A stretch of 64,000 nt of DNA from Minisyncoccia bacterium (lineage in GTDB: Bacteria; Patescibacteriota; Minisyncoccia; SW-4-49-11): positions 1-64,000 of the forward strand of contig JBIKVS010000004.1 in NCBI GenBank assembly GCA_044356725.1, written 5' to 3'. The position numbers and the translations under genes are program-made. Shown in pieces: positions 1 through 9,120 of the stretch (the stretch's first letter is position 1; each line of letters opens with the position of its first letter). Below the pieces are notes generated by a model. The model saw only the letters and a list, made by a program, of their open reading frames with translations. It did no database searches and had not been told where the DNA came from.

Positions 1-200
1 ATAATCTCAAAATTCAAGAGTTTAGAGATAAGATTATACAGGAGGAGAGTTTTCAGGATTTGGCTTTAGCGGAGCAAAAACAGATTTTTATTGCTATGCT
101 GGATAATAATCAGATGTATGTGAATGCTTCTGAAATGTCAGATGCTAAATTTGGTATTAGTGAGGAGGAGCAGGCTTTGACTGAAGAGTTTTATAATTAA
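1..200 (+). CDS. 3' end of type III restriction-modification methyltransferase (Mod), partial
   Basis: Frame 3 reads ...LALAEQKQIFIAMLDNNQMYVNASEMSDAKFGISEEEQALTEEFYN* (TAA 198-200), resembling the C-terminus of LlaFI-type Mod subunits; lies upstream of a Res helicase. Confidence 0.7.
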   Translation, partial: NLKIQEFRDKIIQEESFQDLALAEQKQIFIAMLDNNQMYVNASEMSDAKFGISEEEQALTEEFYN

Positions 201-216
201 TTATAAATTGTGAATT

Positions 217-612
217 ATGAATGATAAATTAAAAAAATCATCTAATCAAACAATAGAGGCTAGTTCTGGTATTAAGAAGCACTTAATACCAGCTACTGGT
301 GATAAAAAAGATAATTCAATTATTTTATTTAATCAAAAAGAAGTTCGCAGATACTGGGATGTAGATCAAGAGCAGTGGTATTTTTCAGTTGTGGATATAA
401 TTGAGATTTTGACAGGCTCTAGTATTCCGAAAAGATATTGGAGTGACTTAAAAAATAAACTAAAAGAAGAAGGAAGTGAAGTGTACGAAAAAATCGTACG
501 GTTGAAAATGAAAGCAGAAGATGGAACAGTGATTAATAATCTTATGTTTAAACTCCAACATTATCCTTTTAACTGTCCTCCCTTGGGGGAGGTGGTCACT
601 CCCATACTTTAG
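217..612 (+). pseudogene. Truncated BRO-N-like (antirepressor-type) protein
   Basis: LFNQKEVRRYWD..WYFSVVDIIEILTGS..PKRYWSDLKNKLKEEGSEVYEKIVRLKMKAEDG is the N-terminal part of this family; similarity stops after EDG and the ORF ends inside a palindromic repeat. Confidence 0.65.
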
Positions 613-734
613 TTTGGGAGTGGACGGAGGAGGACTATACATATTTTTAAATTTATCATCTATACTCCTAGTTAATAATTCTCATTTACAAATGTCCTCC
701 CTCCCCCTACGGGTACTCCCTCCAAAGGGAGACA
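573..734. repeat. Pair of REP-like palindromes, family A (TGTCCTCCCTTGGGGGAGGTG...GACGGAGGAGGAC)
   Basis: Imperfect palindromes 573-635 and 693-734; related copies near 5508, 9061, 26146, 29713, 37273, 58012, 60650. Confidence 0.8.
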
Positions 735-857
735 TCATTCGCTTAACCTAATTAAAAGAGTATAAAACATTATAGACACTACAAGAATATAATATTATAA
801 TAGTAATAAAATCAAGGTTTAATCTATTATTTCTACAATTCACAATTAATATCAACT

Positions 858-3650
858 ATGTCTGAGATCAAAAACTTATATGAGATAATCAACACTCAAA
901 AAGAGGCATTAAAAAACTTTAATCCTGAAATTTTTGAAATCCCAGATTATATTTCTAATAATTTAAAATATAGTTTTTTTGATTGGCAAAGAGAGGCTTT
1001 GGAGAACTTTTTATTTTATCAAAATCCAAAATCAAATTTAGCTAAATCCCCCACTCATCTAATGTTCAATATGGCGACTGGGACGGGGAAAACTATGCTG
1101 ATGGCGGCTTCGATTCTGTATTATTATAAGCAGGGTTATCGGCATTTTATATTTTTTGTGAACCAAAATAATATTGTGAGTAAGACAGAGAATAATTTTA
1201 TTGCTAATTTGCATAATAAGTATTTGTTTCAAGATAAGATTGTGATTGATAATCAGACGGTGGAGATTAAAAAAGTGGAGGCTTTTAGTGATAATCCAAC
1301 TGGTATTGAGATAAAATTCACTTCGGTACAAAAATTATATAATGATATTCATCTACAAAAAGAAAATCAGACGACTTTGCCGGATTTATGGAATAAAAAT
1401 ATTGTAATGTTAGCTGATGAGGCTCATCATCTCAATACGGATACTAAAAAAGCAAAATTACAGACGAATTTGATTGAGTCTGAACTGAACAATAAATCTA
1501 GTGAAAATGTGGTTGAAAAGCTAGGCTGGGAGCATACGGTGATTGAATTGATTTTGAATAAAAATAATAAAAAATCCACCCCGCTGTCTAAAGACAGCAC
1601 CCCTCAAGAGGGGAATTCTAACTGTAATGTCTTATTAGAATTCACGGCGACTATTCCGGCTACTGCCAGTGTGGCTAAAAAATATGAGGATAAAATTATT
1701 TATAAATTTGATTTGAAGCAATTTTTGCAAGCTGGGTTTACGAAGCAGATTAATCTGATTTCTTCTAATCTGAATAAGCGGGATAGAATTTTGCAGGCTT
1801 TATTATTTCATTGGTATCGGCATAAAGTTGCTCTGGATGCTGGTATTCCTAATTTTAAGCCGGTGATTTTATTCCGTAGCAAGACTATTGAGGAGTCTAA
1901 GCATGATTATGAGGAGTTTTTGGATATGATTCAGAATTTGAGTTTGGATGATTTGCAGTTTTTGGATTATATTTTGGAGAATTTTAAGTTTGCTAATCAT
2001 AGTTTGTATGAACAAGGTAAGAATAGGACAGAGCAATTAGTGGATTATATTCAAGTTAATAAAATTAAAAGAAGTGAGATTATTGACTTTTTGAAGCAGA
2101 ATTTCCAAGCGAAAAATGTGATTATTACTAACTCTAAGAGTAATAAGACTAAAAAAGAAAAAACTGATGAGGAAATAGATAATTTATTGAATAATTTGGA
2201 GGATAAGAACAATCATATCCGAGCTATTTTTACAGTGGAGAGATTGACTGAAGGTTGGGATGTGCTGAATTTGTATGATATTGTGCGGTTATATGAAGGG
2301 CAGAATACAGGTGGGTCTTATCAGAAAGGTAATAAAACTCCTGAATCTACTACTAAAGAGAAGCAGTTAATTGGTCGTGGAGTGAGATATTATCCTTTTG
2401 ATTATCCAGAAAAAGAGAGGCATCGGCGAAAATTCGATAATGACACTCAAAAACGAGAGCGAATTTTGGAGGAGTTATTCTTTTATAGTATAAATGAGAG
2501 TAGATATATCTCGGAGTTAAAAACCGAGCTCAAGAGGGATGGATTTATTGATGAGAATCGTAATATTAGAACCTTTGAATTGAAGGATAGTTTTAAGAAA
2601 ACCAATTTCTATAAACAGGTGAAAGTTTGGCAGAATAAAAAAATTCCGAATCCGAATAGGCGGAAGAATACCCTAGCCGATTTGAAGCAAGATAAAAATT
2701 ATTTTATGTCTGCTTATCAGGTGCCAACTTATAGTGTAAGAGAAGACGGAGTGGACTTTGAGAAGGAGGAAAAAGAATATAGATTGAATCAAATGGCTAA
2801 TCCAAATTCCAATTTTGAGATTTCTTTAGCTCAGATGGAGAAGCATATTTTTTATAAAGCGATTCATATTTTGTCTAAACAAAGTAATTCTTTGTATCGT
2901 TTTGATAATTTGAGGCAGGAATTGAATATTGATAGTATGGAGGATTTGTTGCAAGTAGAGTTTTTGGGAGATATTATGATACCTTTTAAGCTACCAGCGA
3001 AAATGACTTATCAGGATTTGGATAATAAGCATAAATTACAAGCATTGATGCAAGTTTTGACTGATATTGAGCGAAGATTAGCGGAGTCTATTAGTGAATA
3101 TATTGGTAGTAAGGAGTTTTATCCAAAGAGCTTGGAAAGTGTTTTTGGAGCTCCGAAAGCTAAAGCGATTGATACTTTGAATGAGCATACTGAGATTGCT
3201 GAGCAAAATGATTGGTATGTTTTGAATAATTTTGTAGGCACAGATCAGGAGCAGTATTTACTGGAGTTTATCAAAAGCTCTATGTCTGAATTAGAGCAGA
3301 AATATGGGGAAATTTATTTATTAAGAAATGAAGAGGTGTATGGGATTTATGATTTTGACAAAGGTAGAACTTTTATGCCGGACTTTTTGTTATTTTTGAA
3401 AACTAAGGATAAACACAATGTGGGGGTAGCTAAGACGGAATTGTATTATCAGGTATTTATTGAGCCAAAAGGAGCGCAATTAGCAACTTTGGATGCTTGG
3501 AAAAATGACTTTCTAGCTAAAATTCAATATAATTATGGGTTGGAGAATGTAATTCAAGCTGAAAATTCTAATTATAGATTGATTGGTTTGCCTTTCTTTA
3601 ATACTAATCTAAGTGCCGAGTTTAGAGATAAATTCTCGGAGTTAATTTAA
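858..3650 (+). CDS. Type III restriction endonuclease Res subunit (DEAD/DEAH helicase + PD-(D/E)xK nuclease)
   Basis: MATGTGKT Walker A, DEAHH, FTAT, EGWDV, QLIGRGVR helicase motifs; C-terminal FMPDF...FIEPKG nuclease motif. Confidence 0.9.
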   Translation: MSEIKNLYEIINTQKEALKNFNPEIFEIPDYISNNLKYSFFDWQREALENFLFYQNPKSNLAKSPTHLMFNMATGTGKTMLMAASILYYYKQGYRHFIFFVNQNNIVSKTENNFIANLHNKYLFQDKIVIDNQTVEIKKVEAFSDNPTGIEIKFTSVQKLYNDIHLQKENQTTLPDLWNKNIVMLADEAHHLNTDTKKAKLQTNLIESELNNKSSENVVEKLGWEHTVIELILNKNNKKSTPLSKDSTPQEGNSNCNVLLEFTATIPATASVAKKYEDKIIYKFDLKQFLQAGFTKQINLISSNLNKRDRILQALLFHWYRHKVALDAGIPNFKPVILFRSKTIEESKHDYEEFLDMIQNLSLDDLQFLDYILENFKFANHSLYEQGKNRTEQLVDYIQVNKIKRSEIIDFLKQNFQAKNVIITNSKSNKTKKEKTDEEIDNLLNNLEDKNNHIRAIFTVERLTEGWDVLNLYDIVRLYEGQNTGGSYQKGNKTPESTTKEKQLIGRGVRYYPFDYPEKERHRRKFDNDTQKRERILEELFFYSINESRYISELKTELKRDGFIDENRNIRTFELKDSFKKTNFYKQVKVWQNKKIPNPNRRKNTLADLKQDKNYFMSAYQVPTYSVREDGVDFEKEEKEYRLNQMANPNSNFEISLAQMEKHIFYKAIHILSKQSNSLYRFDNLRQELNIDSMEDLLQVEFLGDIMIPFKLPAKMTYQDLDNKHKLQALMQVLTDIERRLAESISEYIGSKEFYPKSLESVFGAPKAKAIDTLNEHTEIAEQNDWYVLNNFVGTDQEQYLLEFIKSSMSELEQKYGEIYLLRNEEVYGIYDFDKGRTFMPDFLLFLKTKDKHNVGVAKTELYYQVFIEPKGAQLATLDAWKNDFLAKIQYNYGLENVIQAENSNYRLIGLPFFNTNLSAEFRDKFSELI
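1575..1617. repeat. REP-like element, family B (TCCACCCCG...CACCCCTCAAGAGGGGAATT), in frame inside Res
   Basis: Same element as intergenic copies at about 22125-22162, 26210-26254, 32618-32658; encodes STPLSKDSTPQEGN. Confidence 0.8.
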
Positions 3651-3660
3651 GGTTTAATTT

Positions 3661-4650
3661 ATGGCTGAACTATTCGCTTTTATATTCTTAATATCACTAG
3701 TTTGTTTGGTGGTGGGTTTGATTCGGCCAGCAATATTTACTAAGTTATTTCGTGATAAGCCTAAGAGGAAACAGATTGGGGTGCTTTTTGGGGTTTTGAT
3801 ATTTATTTCTATTGTTGGAATAGGAGCTAGTCCTGCTCCTGAGGGGTCTCAAGATATAAAACCAGAACCAGTAGCGGAGACGGTGGAGACTACAGATGTC
3901 ATTCCTGCTGAGGAGAATATCGCTACATCAGAACCTGAGAGTGTGTCTGCGGCGCCTGTTTTACCAGTTCCAAGCCCTATTGAGGAGCAGTCTAGTGTTA
4001 CACGGCCGGAGGTAAAACAAGAGCCAAATCCCGCCCAAATTCCGACTAGAGATTTATTCCAAGTAACTGAAGTTGTAGATGGTGATACGATTAAGGTCAG
4101 TACAATTGGGACTTTAAGATTAATTGGGATGGATACTCCAGAGACTAGAGACCCAAGAAAGCCGGTACAGTGTTTTGGTAGGGAGGCTAGTAATAAAGCT
4201 AAGGAATTATTAAGTGGTAAGAAGGTATATCTAGAATATGACCCAGCTAATCGTATTGATAAATATGGGCGTACGCTTGCCTATGTATACCGTGAAGACG
4301 GGTTGTTTTATAATGCTGAGATGATTAAACAGGGATATGCACATTCATATGTTAAATTCCCACATCCTAGATTGGATGAATTTAACACTTATCAGCGAGA
4401 GGCTAGAGATAATAATAGAGGCTTTTGGGCGGCTAATACTTGTAATGGGAATACTACTCAAGCCGCTTCTGGGAGTTCTAAAACCGCCATTCCTCTACCG
4501 ATTAGCCCTGAGGTCAATAAAGACGGGTTTATCAAAGGTAGTTGTGCGAGTTTGAAAAAATTAGGTTTAGGTAATTTTGAGAGAGGAGACCCTAACTATA
4601 CTGTGGCTAGAGACCGTGATAAGGATGGTATTGCTTGTGAGATGAAGTAA
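3661..4650 (+). CDS. Membrane-anchored thermonuclease (SNase-like) with C-terminal excalibur-like Ca-binding motif
   Basis: Two N-terminal TM segments, Pro/Glu linker, VVDGDT, RLIGMDTPE, DKYGRTLAYV, C-terminal DRDKDGIACE. Confidence 0.9.
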   Translation: MAELFAFIFLISLVCLVVGLIRPAIFTKLFRDKPKRKQIGVLFGVLIFISIVGIGASPAPEGSQDIKPEPVAETVETTDVIPAEENIATSEPESVSAAPVLPVPSPIEEQSSVTRPEVKQEPNPAQIPTRDLFQVTEVVDGDTIKVSTIGTLRLIGMDTPETRDPRKPVQCFGREASNKAKELLSGKKVYLEYDPANRIDKYGRTLAYVYREDGLFYNAEMIKQGYAHSYVKFPHPRLDEFNTYQREARDNNRGFWAANTCNGNTTQAASGSSKTAIPLPISPEVNKDGFIKGSCASLKKLGLGNFERGDPNYTVARDRDKDGIACEMK

Positions 4651-4652
4651 TG

Positions 4653-4674
4653 AAAAACCCCTCTCGAGAGGGGT
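4653..4674 (-). terminator. Intrinsic terminator (minus strand, possibly bidirectional)
   Basis: Minus strand CCCCTCTCGAGAGGGG followed by TTTTT, downstream of the ADO-like gene. Confidence 0.7.
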
Positions 4675-4704
4675 GAGAGTGGATTGAGTTGTAGTGGTCG
4701 GGGC

Positions 4705-5406
4705 TTATCCGACCAGTGCAGCAGCTGCCATGCGGGCGATTTCACGGCCAGTGAAACCGATATCCATCAGTGCTTCCTGATAGGAACTGAGGAAATCTGC
4801 CATCAGGTCTTCCTGGTTCATACGCAGCACGGCTGCGTCATCCGTCACTTGGTCAAGCATCCTGCGTACGAGTGGCAGGTTTACTCGGTTGGCCTCCATC
4901 AGTTCCTCTCGACAGGTAACGAGATTGGCCTTCAGCCATTCCTGTCCATAGTTGAGATGAGTGTACTCATCCTTGACCACACCTTCGGTGATCTTGCGAG
5001 CGAACGGATCCGCCACAGGGATATAGATGTGATAGGCTGAAATCGCGAAGGCCTCAATCAAAATCGCCTAGATCAAGAGGCAGGTGGTCACCTTGCCCTC
5101 GGCTAAAGCGGCTTGGAAGTTGTTGTTCAGTGGAGCAAAAAACTCCTTAGCAAACGGCATATCTGCTGTAACCTTCAGATTATTGGCACAGGCGGTAAAA
5201 CCATTTTTGTGCTTCAGCTCCATTCGAGCCAGCTTTCTGAGCTCTTCAGCCTGGTCGGGGATCAGTGTGCCCAGAGCAATGTAGTTGTCATGAGCCTCCT
5301 GCTCGCCCTCGAGCACTATTGCATTGATGCGACCGTAGGCATCCTTGTAGGTGTCACTAGTGAAGTCGGGCAGACCAGGTTGGTCCGGAGTAGTCGCAGT
5401 TGTCAA
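4705..5406 (-). pseudogene. ado: Cyanobacterial-type aldehyde-deformylating oxygenase split by an in-frame TAG
   Basis: [28 protein letters not shown]...[50 protein letters not shown]; ORFs 5068-5406 and 4705-5061 are in the same frame, TAG 5068-5070 sits where ADOs have Gln; visibly GC-rich. Confidence 0.9.
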
Positions 5407-5507
5407 GGTGCTAGCTGGGTATATAACCCAGTCTATAGTACACCGTTATACTATACCTTTTTTATAGTTTTGTATATAGTCAATAAAAATGGAGGGATAA
5501 AACAAAA

Positions 5508-5640
5508 GTCCTCCTCCGTCACCTACGGTGCCACCTCCCCCAAGGGAGGACAAAAATTCAAATTACAAAAATACTCCACTCTTTCCAGCGAAGCTGTCCA
5601 CCCCCGCCTTTCAGGCTTCCCCCTCCGAAGGGGGACAAAA
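5508..5640. repeat. REP-like palindrome cluster (families A and B-like)
   Basis: GTCCTCCTCCGTCACCTACGGTGCCACCTCCCCCAAGGGAGGACA and a second CCCCT..GGGGACA palindrome. Confidence 0.75.
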
Positions 5641-5666
5641 CAGATCTTAACTAAATTTACTTGAAA

Positions 5667-6002
5667 CTACTCTTGTTCCGACTCAGATCCCCCTCCTCCA
5701 ATGGTAAAAGCTGAGATAATTTGTTCTCTTACGGCTGTAATATTGGCTTGGATGATCTCAGAGACTATATTGCCAGCTTCTTGCTGCCCTTGTTCTATTC
5801 CTTCTTGTACTAGTTTCTCTCCTTCTTCTACTATGGGATTTGCAATCTCATTTACGGTTTCATTGACGGGCTCTACAACATTAGCCAAGTTTGGCTGAAT
5901 AAAAGTATTGAATACAAATATACCTCCAACAACTGTGAGTATTAGAAATACTCCAATCCCTGCAACGATGAAGGCCATAATTTTAGGTATCATTTTAGGC
6001 AT
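5667..6002 (-). CDS. Small single-pass membrane hypothetical protein
   Basis: N-terminal hydrophobic helix, amphipathic acidic remainder. Confidence 0.7.
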   Translation of the reverse strand: MPKMIPKIMAFIVAGIGVFLILTVVGGIFVFNTFIQPNLANVVEPVNETVNEIANPIVEEGEKLVQEGIEQGQQEAGNIVSEIIQANITAVREQIISAFTIGGGGSESEQE

Positions 6003-6091
6003 AAGTTTATTCTTAATTTATACTAATATATTATAATATAGATTATTTTTTTAGAAAAGAGTATAATATGGGTATTAATTATTAATTTAAT

Positions 6092-7270
6092 ATGCTTGGA
6101 TATTGGCTTTTGATTGCTAGTGTGATTACAGGCCAGATTACTAGAATTGGTGATTTGGGTGTTTTGATTGATATTTTAATTCCTTTATATCTTGTATTTT
6201 GGTTATTGAAAAGAGATAAAAAAAGACCACTCCCCTTTTCTAGCTCTATTGTATTAGTAATAATTTGGCTTCTTTATCTTTTAGGAAACCTTTTGATTAA
6301 TATAAACTTTATCCCAGCAGTTGGCGGAGAGATTGGCTCTGTTCTTTATTGGGTGAGGTTGGCAGCTTATATGTCTCTTTTATTACCTTTGGTGGATTAT
6401 AGGGCACAAGAACCAGAACGAGTAGATAATCAATTATGGTATATGGTGTTTTTTAGCTCTATTATCTTGTCTATTCTTGGATTTGTGCAGCTTATTTTAT
6501 TCCCAGACTTTTCTTTTATGGCTCAATACGGGTGGGACCCTCATCAAGGTAGATTGCTCTCCACTTGGTATGACCCAAATTTCTTAGGAGGATTTTTAGG
6601 GCTTGCATCGGTTATTATTTTGAGTCGAATTTTGGTATTTTTGAAAGAAAATAAATCTTGGCAAAGACAAAACATAATTTTACTGTCTAGTTGGATTATA
6701 GGACTCGGAGTTGTATTTGGAGCTTTGATGCTGACCTATTCTAGAAGTGCACTATTAGCCTTTTTGATAGGAGTGACTATTGTGACTATTCTTATCTCAA
6801 GGAAAACTTTCTTTTTGGTAATTATTATTTTATCTATTATCGTAATCTCGAATCCTAGATTACAAACTAGAATTCAAGGAGCTATTCAAGTAGATGTGAC
6901 AGCTTCTCTTAGAATTCAATCTTGGCTTGAAACTCTAGATGATATTGATAAGAATCCAATTTGGGGCATAGGGTATAATACGATTAAATATCAGACTATT
7001 GTCCCATCAGAGCTAAACTCAGCCTCTGGTCGGGATAGTAGCTTATTAACTTTGTGGTTGACAGGAGGAATTATTGGGCTTGGGTTGTTTATAATAATTA
7101 TTTTTAATTCTATCATAAAGGCTTGGCAAAAAGTATCTAGATCTGGCTTAGAAAGAGTTTGGGGGGTGGCTACTATTGCTGGTTGGGCTTTGATTTTAGT
7201 CCACTCTATGTTTGTAAATAGTATTTTCTTTCCCCATATTCTGATATTTCTTTTATTCTTCTTATTATGA
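6092..7270 (+). CDS. O-antigen ligase family (Wzy_C) polytopic membrane protein
   Basis: RLLSTWYDPNFLGG, LTYSRSA, RIQSW..PIWGIG, late HSMF motif; many TM helices. Confidence 0.8.
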   Translation: MLGYWLLIASVITGQITRIGDLGVLIDILIPLYLVFWLLKRDKKRPLPFSSSIVLVIIWLLYLLGNLLININFIPAVGGEIGSVLYWVRLAAYMSLLLPLVDYRAQEPERVDNQLWYMVFFSSIILSILGFVQLILFPDFSFMAQYGWDPHQGRLLSTWYDPNFLGGFLGLASVIILSRILVFLKENKSWQRQNIILLSSWIIGLGVVFGALMLTYSRSALLAFLIGVTIVTILISRKTFFLVIIILSIIVISNPRLQTRIQGAIQVDVTASLRIQSWLETLDDIDKNPIWGIGYNTIKYQTIVPSELNSASGRDSSLLTLWLTGGIIGLGLFIIIIFNSIIKAWQKVSRSGLERVWGVATIAGWALILVHSMFVNSIFFPHILIFLLFFLL

Positions 7271-8502
7271 ACAGACTACTCTTTTTAGTTGGTTTAACTA
7301 TACCCCTATATGTAATTAGATTTCAGATTTTTGGTATCCCGGCAAATGTTTTGGAAATTGCTATTGGACTTGTATTTATAATATTTTTATTCAAATTCAG
7401 AGAGTATAAAAGCTTATTCAAACTAGACAATTATTGGAATAGAAAGAGTTTAGTTTTTGGAAGTTTATTATTATTGGCTAGTCTAGGAGTGTTGGTTAGT
7501 GAGGAGTTACGGTCAAGCTTGGGGATCTGGAAGGCTTATTTTGTACTGCCAATTTTGCTGATATGTGTTTTATCTAAAATGAAATCAAAATATTATCTAT
7601 CTCTAATACGAGGAATTATTGGTAGTGGAGTTGGAGTGTCGATTATAACTATTGCTCAAGTGGTGGTAATGGGTATAGATAGTAGTTTTAGACCGACGGC
7701 TTTATATGCTTTTGGTTTAGACCAGGCTGTAGCTCAAGGAGGTTTTGCGAATTATATTGCTATGTATTTAGTGCCAATCTTTGTCTTAAGTTTATCACGG
7801 CGAAATATCCCTGTGGAGCTAAGGTGGTTTGTAGTCAGTATGTTGTTAATAGGCATTATCTCAACACAATCCTATGCTGGCATTTTTGCCCTTTTAGGAG
7901 TATTTGCAATCTGGACATTGACTAGAATATTGATTAGCCATAAGAATAAACAAGAACTAATTACTGCCCCTGTTTTAAGAAAGTATTTGATACCAATTAG
8001 CATAGCTCTGATTATTGGGGTTAGTTTGTTTGGATTTTGGCAATTTAATACTCCAAAATTCCAGAGCCTACTGGATATGGAGAATAGGAATTCTATTACC
8101 ACTAGAATACAAATTTGGGATACTGCCATTACGATGATTAGAGAAAATCCAATTCTAGGAATAGGTTTAGCTGACTTTCAAAGAGTATATAGTGAAACAA
8201 TCCCAGAAAAGTACTTCCCTCCTTATGAATGGCTAGTACCTGAACCACATAATTTATATTTTGCTTTTTGGTTACATTTAGGTCTGGCGGGTATAATTTG
8301 GCTAATTTATGTCTTAAGATATACGATTTTGAAGTTAATAGAAGCTATAAAATCAAATCAATGGGAAGCCTATTGGCTTAGCTTATCATTATTATCTATC
8401 TATATTTACGGCATATTAGACACCCCTTTTTGGAAAAATGATTTAGCTTTGTTATTTATTGTGATATTGTATGGAGTTGTGGGGAAAAGGAAAAAGCCGT
8501 AG
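7267..8502 (+). CDS. O-antigen ligase family membrane protein
   Basis: ANYIAMYL, TQSYAG, RIQIWDTA..NPILGIG, PHNLY motifs; overlaps the previous stop. Confidence 0.85.
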   Translation: MNRLLFLVGLTIPLYVIRFQIFGIPANVLEIAIGLVFIIFLFKFREYKSLFKLDNYWNRKSLVFGSLLLLASLGVLVSEELRSSLGIWKAYFVLPILLICVLSKMKSKYYLSLIRGIIGSGVGVSIITIAQVVVMGIDSSFRPTALYAFGLDQAVAQGGFANYIAMYLVPIFVLSLSRRNIPVELRWFVVSMLLIGIISTQSYAGIFALLGVFAIWTLTRILISHKNKQELITAPVLRKYLIPISIALIIGVSLFGFWQFNTPKFQSLLDMENRNSITTRIQIWDTAITMIRENPILGIGLADFQRVYSETIPEKYFPPYEWLVPEPHNLYFAFWLHLGLAGIIWLIYVLRYTILKLIEAIKSNQWEAYWLSLSLLSIYIYGILDTPFWKNDLALLFIVILYGVVGKRKKP

Positions 8503-8541
8503 TAATGCTACGGCTTTTGTGGGTTGAGCTATACTGCTAGC

Positions 8542-8928
8542 TCATTCAGGATCTGGGGTGTGGAAAAGATCCCACAATAGTTTGATATATTCTTTCATAG
8601 CGGACTCATTTTTAGATAATGGTAGATACCAATTATCCGTTACAGCCCCTAATGAGTCTGCTTGTTTCTCAAAACCAAATTTTCTTAATTCAGGTAGGAG
8701 AAAGATACTGAGAGTATTGTTGTTGTCTTTAAAAGTCAAAGTTAAATATGTGATATAATCAGTAAGGTCTAGAAAATTTGGAACAAATTCCATACCTTTT
8801 TCTAGTAAAATTGCCAATAGTCTGGCAGTGACTTTATGATCACGGAAGCGGATTATCGTCACCTCTCTTTGCTTTCTTTCTTGCCCATTGATTTTAGCAA
8901 GAAGATTTTTGATGTTATGGATAGCCAT
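8542..8928 (-). CDS. Orphan hypothetical protein in a stand-alone promoter/terminator unit
   Basis: TTGACA(8986-8981)-17-TATAGT promoter, ATG at 8928, terminator AAAAGCCGTAG..CTACGGCTTTT at about 8491-8518. Confidence 0.6.
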   Translation of the reverse strand: MAIHNIKNLLAKINGQERKQREVTIIRFRDHKVTARLLAILLEKGMEFVPNFLDLTDYITYLTLTFKDNNNTLSIFLLPELRKFGFEKQADSLGAVTDNWYLPLSKNESAMKEYIKLLWDLFHTPDPE

Positions 8929-9060
8929 AACGGCTCCAATTGCAAGGTACAAAAAAGACTATATCACAAAAATTACAAAATGTCAATAGTAGTAGACAAT
9001 ATACCTTATCTTATTCAGATTATGAAGGGGTAAACCCTCAGCTATGGGAATTTAAACAAG

Positions 9061-9105
9061 CTGTCCTCCTCCGTCACTTCGTGCCACCTCCCCCAAGGGA
9101 GGACA
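9061..9105. repeat. REP-like palindrome, family A
   Basis: CTGTCCTCCTCCGTCACTTCGTGCCACCTCCCCCAAGGGAGGACA. Confidence 0.8.
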
Positions 9106-9120
9106 AAAAACTGTTCCTCG

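Noticed and set aside
5068-5070. Amber recoding or alternative genetic code explaining the ADO TAG
   Set aside because: TAG ends intact genes here (rpsO, cfa) and TGA ends mutS and dnaJ; long housekeeping ORFs are uninterrupted in code 11
4684-5664. Plus-strand ORFs 4684-5040, 5084-5284 and 5113-5664
   Set aside because: Antisense shadows of the ADO sequence running into repeats
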